Below, in pieces: positions 1 to 12,600 of a stretch of 64,000 bases of DNA. Within the stretch, counting starts at the first letter, position 1; each line of letters opens with the position of its first letter. This DNA is from Phoronis australis (Eukaryota > Animalia > Phoronida). Position numbers and translations under genes: made by a program. The stretch is taken from the NCBI GenBank assembly GCA_002633005.1, contig NMRA01000091.1:829820-893819 (forward strand), written 5' to 3'. A model generated the notes under the pieces. That model was not told the DNA's origin. It did no database searches and saw nothing but the letters and a program-made list of their open reading frames with translations.

Positions 1-335
1 CAATGACTATCAAGTATGGTGTGGAAGCATTTTCAAATGCACTCAGGTTAGTGTCCAAATCTGACCTTTGAAATGTGATCCAATGACTATTAAGTATGGT
101 GTGGAAGCATTTTCAAATGCACTCAGGTTAGTGTCCAAATCTGACCTTTGAAATGTGATCCAATGACTATTAAGTATGGTGTGAAAGCATTTTCAAATGC
201 ACTCAGGTTAGTGTCCAAATCTGACCTTTGAAATGTGATCCAATGACTATTAAATATGGTGTGGAAGCATTTTCAAATGCACTCAGGTTAGTGTCCAAAT
301 CTGACCTTTGAAATGTGATCCAGTGACTATTAAGT
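1..335 (+). repeat. 80-bp tandem repeat (about 4.2 copies) containing an SDR exon 3' end (KYGVEAFSNALR) and its splice donor
   Basis: Units start at 1, 81, 161, 241 and 321. Each full unit carries aagtatggtgtggaagcattttcaaatgcactcag|gttagt, with a few substitutions. Confidence 0.95.
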
Positions 336-778
336 TCATTGTTACCGAAACACTACCGATGATTGTCCAGTTTTTAACTTCCATTCTTTTGCTCAGATGC
401 AGTTCAAAAAACAACAAATCTGTACTACAATCAATATATCTTCAAAGAATTCAAGAAGAGTCACTGGCCTAACGCCATCTGTGGTATGTTAGCATACACT
501 CACTGCCACGATGGGCTTGCTGCACAAAGCATCCAAGATGACCAGAAACGTTCCCTAAACAAGTGAAACTGTACACCCAACATTTGGCACGCAGTTTTCC
601 CTCAAGTAAAAGGATTTCAGGATTGAGTTCCTTAGATGCAAGAATCTATTGAGCAAAGCTAGTGTGATCGTGTGCTTCGCTTGTAGTATCTCATAAAGCC
701 TTACGTGACCTTGCATTTCCACAAGGTTCTCGTATCTTGTGGTTGAGTCTATACATCGCAGATATGCAGGTTACATTT

Positions 779-1073
779 TTGGTAATGTTGTGTCAGGTGA
801 CATTATGTCAGGTAATGTTGTGTCAGGTGACATTAAGTCTGGTAATGTTGTGTCAGGTGACGTTATATCTGGTATGTTGTGTCAGGTGACATTATGTCTG
901 GTAATGTGGTGTCAGGTGACATTATGTCAGTCTGGTAATGTTGTGTCTGGTGACGTTGTCTGGTAATGTTGTGTCAGGTGACATTATGTCTGGTAATGTT
1001 GTGTCTGGTGACATTATGTCTGGTAATGTTGTGTCTGGTGACATTATGTCTGGTTATGTTGTGTCTGGTGACG
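779..1073 (+). repeat. 30-bp minisatellite (ggtaatgttgtgtcaggtgacattatgtct), intronic
   Basis: About 10 visible tandem units; a second block lies at 1494-1620 after the single N. Confidence 0.95.
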
Positions 1074-1288
1074 TTAGTATTGAGTTACCAGTTGTGCATC
1101 ATTCCGCTCATTAACAGTAAATGTCACTTCAGTATTTGCAAAGCATTGTGGGTGCAGAGTAAATGATTTCATTTTTGTTTTACGAGCAGTAGCCATAACT
1201 GCACCTTGTATGTGTTTCTCTCTGCAAACAGTCCCTGAATGTGTCAAAGTCGTATCACATTCTCCCAGCCCCAGTTCTCTCTACCTAG

Positions 1289-1452
1289 GCAACAGATGAA
1301 GCATTTCGGTGTGAAAGTCTCGATCCTGGAACCTGGATTCTTCCGTACCAACATTAGCAATTCAGAGAAAGCCATGGACTCCATCCAGCAGTCTTGGTTA
1401 CAGGCATCGGAGAGCTCAAAGGCAGAATATGGTGAACAGTACTTGGAAGAAA
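1289..1452 (+). CDS. SDR penultimate exon, copy 1
   Basis: ctacctag|gcaacagatg ... gaagaaa|gtaagt. Confidence 0.75.
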
Positions 1453-2644
1453 GTAAGTTCAACTTCAGGCTACCCGAACAACAGGCTGCCGCNGGTGACA
1501 TTATGTCTGGTAATGTTGTGTCAGGAGACATTATGTCTGGTAATGTTGTGTCTGGTGACATTATGTCTGGTAATGTTGTGTCTGGTGACATCATGTCTGG
1601 TTATGTTGTGTCTGGTGACGTTAATATTGAGTTACCAGTTGTGCATCATTCCGCTCATTAACAGTAAATGTCACTTCAGTATTTGCAAAGCATTGTGGGT
1701 GCAGAGTAAATGATTTCATTTTTGTTTTACGAGCAGTAGCCACAACTGCACCTTGTATGTGTTTCTCTCTGCAAACAGTCCCTGAATGTGTCAAAGTCGT
1801 ATCACATTCTCCCAGCCCAAGTTCTCTCTACCTAGACAACAGATGAAGCATTTCGGTGTGAAAGTCTCGATCCTGGAACCTGGATTCTTCCGTACCAACA
1901 TTAGCAATTCAGAGAAAGCCATGGACTCCATCCAGCAGTCTTGGTTACAGGCATCGGAGAGCTCAAAGGCAGAATATGGTGAACAGTACTTGGAAGAAAG
2001 TAAGTTCAACTTCAGGCTACCCGAACAACAGGCTGCCGCTGCAGCACTCATATTTGGTTCACTTATAAACACGACTCATTGTCCCAATAACTCAGTTCAC
2101 TATCTTTAAAACATGTTTCAGCAACTGCCGAACATGACTCACTAACTGTCAAACACAATGCTGGACTCAAAGCACAGCTAATACACTTAAAGATCTCCTG
2201 TCCGAACTAACAAACATGGCTTACAGACTTCGTGTCGGTGGGCGTGGAATACTTTGAGATGGGTTTCGCAGTGCTATTTGGACTGCTGTCTTTTACACTC
2301 TATAGATCTTTTTGAATTCTCCAGCAGTGCAATTAATTCTTATGATAAGTCGAGCAATTTGATGTAACCTCACTGCAGTAATCAATGATCTGTTTTGTGT
2401 TACAGTACTGAGATCAACTCAAGAATTTCTAGAATCAGGAATGAACAGCAGTAAAACCAGTCTAGTGATCAATGCATACGTCCACGCTCTCTTCGCCTAC
2501 TTTCCACGGTCAAGGTATCTGATTGGCTGGGATGCCAAGTTTCTCTTTGCTCCAATGGGAATGCTTCCAGCACGCTTGAGTGATCTGTTTGTGTCATATA
2601 AGACGAGGCACTGTTTACCCGATGTATCCAGAAGCAGTTACTGA
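1289..2644 (+). CDS. SDR9C-family short-chain dehydrogenase (RDH16/HSD17B6-like), 3' part of gene
   Basis: Spliced peptide (KYGVEAFSNALR)|QQMKHFGVKVSILEPGFFRT...YGEQYLEE|ILRSTQEF...VINAYVHALFAYFPRSRYLIGWDAKFLF...*. The EPGFFRT and PRSRYLIGWDAK motifs are typical of SDR9C enzymes. Splice phases are consistent. Confidence 0.85.
1836..1999 (+). CDS. SDR penultimate exon, copy 2 (probable haplotype duplicate, offset 547)
   Basis: Near-identical to 1289-1452 and separated from it by a single N at 1493. Confidence 0.8.
2406..2644 (+). CDS. SDR last coding exon
   Basis: ttacag|tactgaga, phase 1, open to TGA at 2642-2644. Confidence 0.85.
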
Positions 2645-4078
2645 TTAAGTGGTACCTAACAAAAATCATGGTTAGGAATCGCGTGACAATAAAACCTAGA
2701 TATAAGATCTTTAGTATCATATTGGCGAAACTCACTCTGCTAAATGGTAACACAAGGAAATCGTTTCTGCATTGTGGCAGCACAGCACCTTTCCAAGACA
2801 ACTGGGGGTGAGAGGTGAAATTTCAAAGAGTTGGGAATGGGATTTTCAGCTTTGACTCCATTATTTTATAATCCTATCTCAAACACTGGTACACCTGTTG
2901 GAGTCAAGAGCACCAATGCTAACAAGCTTACCTGCTGTCAGTGAATCATTTTGGGAAAAAATCCACTTGTTTGAGTGGCTTGGTTCAAGTCTAGGAATTA
3001 GTTTTGTCAATTCATAAATTAAACAAGAGACTGGGGTTGCATTTTTTGAACAAGTCAATAGCATGACTACTATTCAGAATCACTAGACATAAAAATAGTA
3101 AAAAGATCAGAAATTCCAATGCTTCTTGAGTGCAGCCCGACACATGAACAAGGCCATAGTTTGTAATGAAATATCAGTAGAGCTCATTATGCGTTTAAGT
3201 ACATGCTGTATGTGTTATGAGAGTAGTGAAGATTTTCTGTCTGATTGACACATTGAGAGTGTTGAACGTATTTCCCTACTGCCAAATTGCCGTAAAATGT
3301 CTTCTCAGAGCAGTAACAATTAGCCAATAGCACTGATTGCACTGTAAGGACCCATTAAAAAGATACTGAGGTTACTTGTCGCGCTAGATTCAACTGTGAA
3401 TAGCAGTCTTGTACCATACAGGGTTTTCTCTCAAATGATCTTGCCATTGACCGGATGTTTAAAAATACTTTGAATAATTTATTCGTTACATAAAACTTCC
3501 GAGACAAACCAATTAGTATCAAATTCACGCGCAAGCATATATATTATACAGCTTCCTCGTGAATTCCTTCTTGTGTTGTTTCACCGTTTGCTTAAAAAGC
3601 CTCAGACCTATTACCAAATCTGACATTTGTACGACACCAGATCCTAGTGGTTCTCCAAAGACACCCAATACTCCTTCTGTAAATTATTAAAGTCAGAAAG
3701 AATGCTAGCTAATAACTTGCTTGTGAATGCAGTTCGGGATTCTTCAAGTCTCTAGACTATGGTTTTCATGAGTTGCATCTATAACCAACTCTGTTCGCTA
3801 CATACAAAATTTAGACGTTACAGTATTTTGTTGCATCGTAGCCTGATGTTCAAGTTGAAATGGGGCTTAAAAAGCTCAATAAGAGTAGGTGTGTCACAGC
3901 TGATGGTTATAATATTGCAATTGGCAAGCAGTGGTCTGCTTAGCCGGTTTGAAGGACCTAGTCTCTACAGGTTTGAAATGCAATACGAGTACAGTATACC
4001 TCAGATAATTTGCCACCTTCGAAGCAATGAATTATCCGTTTGGTGGTTTACCCATACCAACTTCGGAGACATGCTTAA

Positions 4079-4165
4079 CATGTGACAATTTATTCCAGAC
4101 CATGTGACAATTTACACCAGACCATGTGACAATTTATACCAGACCATCTGACAATTTATACCAGA
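4079..4165 (+). repeat. About 22-bp tandem repeat x4 (atgtgacaatttataccagacc)
   Basis: Directly visible tandem units. Confidence 0.9.
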
Positions 4166-6550
4166 ACAGCAGAATGTAAATCATCGTAATGTTCTGAAGT
4201 GAGAGCAATGGTATAACTTAAAAGTCAGAATAGACAGGACAAGTCAGGAATTGTGAGTTACAAATAAAAAACAGGGAATGGTGAGTTGCGACAATTGGAA
4301 AATAAATTGGAACTGACAAAAAAGAATCCAAGGTTTGTGTCATGACAGATTATTTGAGGTGTACTGTAACCCAAAGCAGCTATATTTCACAATACTTTGA
4401 TGAAGCACCATTTCTAAACCCAACTCTAATCCTCGAACTATAAGGCTTTAGGACAATAGATGTTCCTGTGACTAAAAGTAGACACATTATCTACATTAAT
4501 GTTTCATGTGTTGTAGAGAATCAACTTCAATTTGTGAATGTGATGTTCTGCATCGTGTGTCAAACTGATGAATTAGCTTTCATGTAACAGCCATCAGTGT
4601 TCATTTTTCACATTGCAATTAGTAATGCAATTGATATGTTTTGAATCGTCTATGTTTTTGTAAATAATAATACCAGTAAAAACCAAATAACTTCTCTAAT
4701 ATGCTTTATTGCAAAACTCTGCAGCAATAAAACATTGTAGCACTGGAATAACACTGTCCAGCAATTCTAAAATCAAGAAACTGCTCTTTGCACAGTCACT
4801 TGTTACTTAGAAAGCTCAAGCATTCTACAACTTAAATTTCTACTCAATGAAAAACAACAGTGACACACCACGAATGTTAATTCCCAGATAAAAGACTGCT
4901 TGGTTGCATAAAAACTAGGCACTGAAATATAACACAGTACAGTTCGACATCTGATACTCAGAGTTGAACAACGCTGTAGACATTCTGCAGTGGTCCTATC
5001 CCGCAGATGTCTGAAGTTTGACTCATCTCGAGTTGGGAGGAACGAATTTGTGATGTTTAAACTGGTCAAACAGATCTGGAGGGTATAAAAATGTCATTTT
5101 GTCGGGCACGGTTTACAAATTTAACAACAGTCGCTCATGGTCATTAGGAGGCCCAGTCTTGAAGGTCACAGAGAACAATCTTTGTTAAAGTACCACATCT
5201 CATTGGTCACGAGAGGTCACGTGACCAAAAAGGTCAAATATTAAACGCGTTCATAGTAGGACGCAAACAATAACGGTCTTGCTCTGGTCTACCGAAGGTC
5301 GGTCAACTCTGCAAAGATTTCAAAAACATGATAATGTTAGTTAAAAGAAATATTCCAACAGAATTTTGCGGTGAATGTGCTCCATAAAATTAAACAACAG
5401 CAAACAATGCTTTTGAAAAATGGTCAATATTTACAAGTTTTAACAATATGTGATAAATTAAATGTTCATCTTCAGAGCTCTTCAAGCTAATCACAAAACA
5501 TCCAATAAATGTAAATGTATGCGAAAAGAATATCGTATATCGTAAGCAAATGAATTATCAAAAAAAATTACTAGGCAGTTCAGTTACACGCTTTTCGACT
5601 ATTAACAAAACCCAACAAAGTACAACTTTCATCTAAAACATGCTTGACAAATTTAAATCCACACTAAAATGGTCATGATGAATGATCACAAAATTATAAA
5701 AAGAATAATTATTTAATCACCGTAATTAGACCAATAACTACCTGCATTAGCTGAAAATTGGCAATTTTAAAAAAAACCTGAATTAGATTCGAAATCAGAG
5801 GAATAAATTAATTTCGAAATAAATTCCACGTCAAAACAACAATCGCAGAAAATACAAGAAGATATGACTTAACTCTTTTCATTTAATGTCACTCAATATC
5901 AACAAGCACGAACTCCTAATGCACCTCAAGTTTCTAGAACATTTTACCACTGCCACTTCAAACTCTATGGGTTCACGCATTATTAACGAATAAAGGTATG
6001 TCCACAACACTGTGTATATGGGGAAAAGGTCACTTGCACCAATAATGATGGAATCCATTTTGTGGCGAACTGCCTGGAGGTCATTTGCCCCAGGAACAGG
6101 GGAGAAAACTACAGTGAGGTCACATGGTGTTGGCAAGAGAAGGGGGAGTACTGAAAAGGAGGCCTACTATAGGGTGAAAGTGAAAAAATATTCATAAGGT
6201 ATGAGTAGATTTTCAAATCACAATAGAAATACTCCTATTCAATCATATTAAATTTGCTTTATTTTAGTTTAAAGTACCAGCAAAGTTTGGACCTCCGAAA
6301 CAACATACAATGTCAGTGTACGCATGTGTCAAAACAGAATTTCAGACAGCCATTTTTTCACAAAATATTGTTCAGGTATAATTTTGAGGAAACTGCTACA
6401 ACTTGTGAAGTGTGAAAGCAATTTTACGTAGACGGGCTAAGTGTTAAAAAGTTAATTGCAAGTGAAGGTTCAGTTTGTAGATCAGCCATTACTATTGCAT
6501 TTGAGAGTTGATTTTTACAATCCACACTCCCTCAGTCATCTACTCACCTC

Positions 6551-6660
6551 TCACTTGAGAGTAATTGCCATGGGACAACCTGGTGGATACTCAAAGCCGT
6601 CCCATTTGTCGCGAGCATAGGAGGCGCTCTGTGGACTGCTGTACTTGACATGCAAATTAC
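6551..6660 (-). CDS. RBM45: RBM45-like last coding exon (GNLHVKYSSPQSASYARDKWDGFEYPPGCPMAITLK*)
   Basis: ctgcag|gtaatttg acceptor; TGA followed by gag|gtgagt donor. Confidence 0.85.
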
Positions 6661-9600
6661 CTGCAGGAGTAGTAGTGACAACTTATGAAACACCATATAA
6701 TAAACAAATACACTCAAACAAACAAATAAGGAACAAACTGCGGATGTGATCATGCAGGGCTGAGTGAATCAAAATTGCCAAATATTTTCTACAGTTTTAT
6801 TAACTGCCAAGTCTATTGCAGTCTGCTGATACAAACCACATAGTCCAATATTTGACAAATTAATGAACGCCTAAGTTGTCCATGTCTCAATCTTCAAAAT
6901 CTAGAAAACTAAAACTTAGAACAAATTTCGGTGTTCTAAATTTAAGAGTCCAAACCAACTTACCGCTATTAGATGCCGGGTCATAGTTCATGTCACAGTA
7001 TTCCAAGCCAGGTATGACATCAAACAGTCTTTGCACCATATGTTCCTCACAGCGACCAAACAACTTGACGTGAAGCCTCATCAACCCACAGTGTGGATGT
7101 GAGGCAACGCTGTCCATGGCTTGACTGGTGCGTGGAATGGAGGGGCTGCCATCCATGGACTTACCACTGTGTGGATAGGTGACAACTCTGTCCAAGGGTT
7201 TACCTAGTAAATAGATGACCATAGATCAGCATAACTGAAACTGTTAATCATTAGCATAATCATTTTGCACAATATGTCCAGTAATCAAAACGAAAACTTA
7301 TAGTCCATCTTTGACCATAGACTTCTCACTTGCTGGTCATGTGCCTCGTACATAGCCACCACTAGATGGTTGGACTTCACAATGTGCTTTCACATCTCAC
7401 CTAGCACTAATTAGGTCAAGCCAGAATTGTAAACTTCAAACCCCAATAAACCAAGCTAGCAGTGGCAAATCTTCCCTTTCTATTGTCATGTGTAACTACA
7501 AAGTACACTAACTCGCTGTGTTAATGAAGCAAAACAAGGAGCTCAAGCCCAAAATATAAACCAAAACAATAGTTTTAAAAGTGGTGGTCGAAGGGGCTTT
7601 TAGACATTCAATCTAAACAAATATAGTAACCACTCATAAATCGAAGCAAAAATCCAAGAGAAATATGAAGAAAATGTACATTCAATACACAAATGAAATC
7701 AATTTAGGAAGGAAGTATTTTTTCAAAATAAACTGGACTGCTTTCAGCAGAGCTCAGTCGAACTCCGTCACACTATGATGCCAGAATTATTGCAGTTTAG
7801 TCGAACATTTGTCATAACAAAATAGGTATTTAGTTGAAATTTAGTCAGAGTTTAATGAATGTAACTGTGCCTAGCAGCTAACAGTTTATTTGAGACTGGC
7901 CATGCACGGTAAGTTGTCGCCATTTCAACAAAGTACGTGGAGCAATACCAGCTGAGATTTTGTCAAGATATAGCCAGCATTGAAATGGATTCTCGACGAA
8001 AACAAAAGGATATTTAATTGTGGTTTCGGGAGTTAAAATTTTGCCAAATTTCTATGTTGTCCACTTTATTTTGAAGACCTATCATTAAAATGTAATTATA
8101 ATGAAGCGATATGTAGTCATGGTGACTGAAATATATAACACTGTCCATGTTTGACATGTAAATGACTGTATAGCACAATATTTTAAAATTGACTGAAGTC
8201 ACACACACCACTGTTGTACGTCATTTTGATAAAACACATAATTATGACAATGAATGAATTTGGAGCAAGATGTCTCCTCATTCCTCACAGTATCAGCAAC
8301 GTACGCAGCACTCCTGTCCATGTTTTCAACAAACTTTGGGTGCAAGTGGGGTGCTGTCAATATCTTCAAACACTTCAAAACACTGAGTCTGTTTTACTGA
8401 TTAGGACTTGTGACTGTTAAAAAGATACCAAAACCTGTTCTGATAATTTCAACCAATCCTCGTTCTGTCACTCGCTAATGCATCATTGGCTTCAATCTTG
8501 CAAGTTAAAGACAGGAATCAACTGAAAGCTCATCTTCCCTACTTCACAAATTGGAAATTACAGTCCTTGGTATGTGTTTTTTTCCCACAGTTGCCATGTA
8601 CTTCACTAAAAGCGTAGGTCATGCTTGCTCGTTTAGCATACTCTGAAAGGAGTTTTCAAATTTCCTTCCAAACTTTTGAGGGTTGTCGAGGGTTACAGAG
8701 CATTATTTTGTTTCAGAAAATGGGATGGGAAAGTCGTTTGATTCTGTTAATAGGCCAACACCGGGTCTGATATCCTTTTAAGTCTGATTTACACCTCTTG
8801 CAACTAAAACAACTTTGCTCTGAGATTTAAAACAGGACTGGTTTAAAGCTGCATTTTGCCCTCTTTAGCTACTAGCTAAATACAGACAATCGAATTACGC
8901 CTTTCACTCTCATAAAATTGGTCTCATGAGATTCCATTACCAACTCCATTATATACATGCGGCATTTTCAAACTCATAATTTTAGGATTAGCCAACCTCA
9001 TCATATACATGCGCCATTTTTAAAGAAGCGCTATTTTTAAACACGCGCCATTTTCAAACGCGCCATTTTCAAACAAGCTCCATTTTCAAACAAGCACCAT
9101 TTTCAAACAAGCACCATTTTCAAACAAGCACCATTTCCAAACAAGCACCATTTTCAAACAAGCTCTATTTTCAAACAAGCGGCATTTTCAAACGTGCCAT
9201 TTTCAAACTCGTAATTTTAAGTTTAGCCAATTCCAAAATTCTCGGAAGCATTGTCTTGAGTTGTTGATGGTTTTGATGTTCTTGTTTTGTTTTTAACAGA
9301 AATAGATTCCTATCATGTAAGGAATATTATGAAACCAATTTTAAGACAATGAAAGAACTATTTTCGCTCACATATGCTCTCAAATTTCTTTGTGAAACAC
9401 TCAATTTTAAGGCGTGGTGAACGTTAAAAACTTCATAAAGGTACGACTTAGTGAAACAGCCCCCTGGTCTATTTAGAGACTACAGCAACATCATTGCCCA
9501 TTTCTCATCTGACGAAGAAGAGCCGCTGTGAAGCCAAACTTCGGTAGCTAGTATTTAGTGAAGGTTACACAAAACTTCGCAGTTCAAATCTTGGTTGATA

Positions 9601-12600
9601 CTCCAAATCACACGTCGGTATTAATGGGTAACGTACCACTGAAACAATTTTTTTCACATGATGTGCAACAGAGTTCAACACAATGCTGTTGAATTGCATC
9701 AAGTTAATTTGTGAACACTACCAGTACTTGCCAACTTACGTTCTCTAAAGTACGGAGAACCTTCTGGAGGTCCAGCAACACCTAGACCAGTCCCAGATGG
9801 GGATGGAGGTGGCTGTATAGGCCCCGAAACACGTGCACCCTCGTTGAAATGGTGGAAGGGCGGTCCATTGACCCTTTTGAATGGTGGTTTCTCAAAAAAG
9901 TCATTCTGTTGATAGCCAAACTGGTTACCATGAAAACTACGCCCCCTTTGCCTGTAGTCTGCTGACCCCTCTCTAGGTCGTTTCTTGTCATTGTCACGCA
10001 CTTCAGCATAGACAGGTTTGTACTCTTAAAAGAAAGCAAAAGACACTCATTTGTCTTATTAATAAAATGGAAATCTGCAGCAATTGCAGTCGAATCGATG
10101 GATTCCACAAAAAATTGTAGAATTTCAACATCTCACAGCACCAGGTGGCCGTATGTCGTAAAATGAAACAAAGACATGCAGAGCTAGTCCACAAAAAATG
10201 AAACACAGTACTGGTATTTTGAACAAGACGACAAAAAACAAAATACACGAAAATCAGATAGTATTTTCATGCACACAGTGAAATGAAAAAAAGAATCAAC
10301 CAAAGGTTAATCTGTCTTTTCCAGAAACTGAACATTAGATGGAAGTTTTCATCTGACCCAGTTGAGGTGTCTTGTCTTAGGATATCAAGCAAGACATTAG
10401 TCATCTATTTATTGTTTGTACCCAACTAGAACAAAACAGCGTGTCTCGAAATTCCGGTTACAATCCCCTAAACCCCAGTCCTGGACCAGGAAACACCAAA
10501 CTCGTGGTACAAATCTTACACACATTGCCCAGAAAATATTCCATAGCCCATGACCAAAGTCCATATCTGGGACCAGATTCCTCACAAGGACTCGAGGAAT
10601 GGAGTTTGAACCCTGGGCCAGTTTATGGAGCATTTTCTGCACGGAGCTTAGGGGCACAGGTCTGGATTTTTGCCGCGAGTTTTGTCATGGTTGGTCTGCG
10701 ATTGGGGTTTAGGGGATCATAGATGAAATTTAGAGGCCCCGCAACAAAACTGTATCCAACACGAGTTTGAGCAAAGCTTTTGAACAGAACTGAGTCTAAA
10801 TGTAGCACTAGAAATAAATAGTAATGGTGCACTGTCAGTGTTAAATTGGAATTTAGAATCCTTCACTGCTTTATGAAGCATTGGCACAAACCCCTGCCAA
10901 TGTAGTGTACCGTAAGTGCTACTTCGGAATCTGTTTGGTGACCTGGGAAAAATCCTAAGTCCCCACCAAGTTGCCACAGACAGTATCAAATACAGACAAT
11001 AATTCCACCGAAATTTGTTTCAAAATTTGTGGTGACTTTGAGACTTTAAACTACTAACAATTTTCCTATATTCAATACCTTTGATTCACAATTATTACGT
11101 TTATTTCGGGAAATCAATGCATTTGCCACCCTCGACAGTCATCACACATCAAACGTGGTTAAATTACAAACACAGGAAGTAAACAGAGGAGGTTGGAATG
11201 GTCCGGCAAAAATCGGGCAAGATCGGACAATGAAACACAAGGCGCCAGTTTACCCGATCATCTGTGTTCCTTGTTCGCAGAAGGAATCGAGTTAGAGACT
11301 GAAAGGTGCACATTTTTACAAAGATAAGTGGAAGAGGCATGCATGCGTAATTCTTTGACAATGACATTTTTCTTTGGTCGACGATTCTGAGGCCAGTTTT
11401 GGCGACCTCAGATTTCATTAGCAGTTATGCGTCGAGCATTGCAAAGAATTTCAAAGGAAACTTACGAGGATCACAGCTCTCCATGGCAACAGCAGCATCA
11501 TAAGCATTGGTGTACGTAACATAGGCCAGACCCTTGGACAGTCCCGTCACCTTGTCCTTGACTATGTTGATGTTCTTCACTTGGCCATAATTCTGATTGA
11601 AAAAATCGATGATCCAAAAATTAATGACTTGAATTGAAACGCCTGGCCAAAATTTTTCACTGCAGTTATAGCAGAAATCATACAAACTAACAGTGAATCC
11701 ATGGAAAGCCAGCCGGAGAACCTTTTCTCTAACTACTGAGAGCAGCCAAGCTTTTGAAAACTACAACTTACAGTACTGCAAAATAATGAAAATATGAAAA
11801 TGTAGTTCTTCTGGGACTGTTAAGGTATAGTAATTAAATACTATTTGGTATTTACTGTGCATTCAAGTATACATAGCAACATGGGATATTAAATCCTAGA
11901 GACAACTGTAGTACACCTGTGTTGACAAGGCATGCAGTTCTTCAAATCTTTTGACTAGGAAAATAGTCTTCCTGAAACAGTACAGAGAAGCCTTGCTCTT
12001 TGGAGCAGAGCAAAGTGACAAGTAGCATGCACCAGCCTAGAGATGAGCTGCACCCTTATGCCAAATTTCATTAAAACCCAATCAGGGGAATTTGAGATAT
12101 CGAGCAGACAACTAGGCGACCTAGGCTACTATGTAGTACTGCTGCAGTAGTCGAAATTCCTACAAAATCGACTGGTTCCAGGTCAATGCCTTCAAATATG
12201 TATGGTCAAACTTCACTGATATCCGTCAACTGTTTCTCTGGACATCATTCGATAACTTTCTTCCCCCAACACATTGAAGAAGTCCTTTGTCGAGACCAGA
12301 ATGGTTAGAGAATGCTATAGTGGTCAAATATGCCTAATTCATGGGCGGCGCACCATAGGGGATTAGGGGCCAATAGCCCCCCACTTTTTTCAGTGCTTCA
12401 CCGCCCATGTATTTCCAGTGCACTCTTGTCACATACCTTTGAGTCCACGTTTATTAGAATCCGTCCATCCGTTCTCTAAATATCGTTCAGAAACCTTATC
12501 CTCACAAAACCAGTGATAAGCCCTGCCCCTCTTGTCCACCCTAGTGATGGCCTAAACCATAGGCCAAATTTCATCAGACAGTATCTAAAAGGGGTTCATG

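Noticed and set aside
739-1713. Repetitive ORFs (SGNVVSGDIM, MLCLVTLCLV)
   Set aside because: They are translations of a 30-bp intronic minisatellite, not proteins.
5879-6553. Selenocysteine or readthrough at the RBM45-like TGA into ORF 5879-6136
   Set aside because: The readthrough peptide has no RRM features, the proximal acceptor gives an immediate TAG, and no SECIS was recognised.
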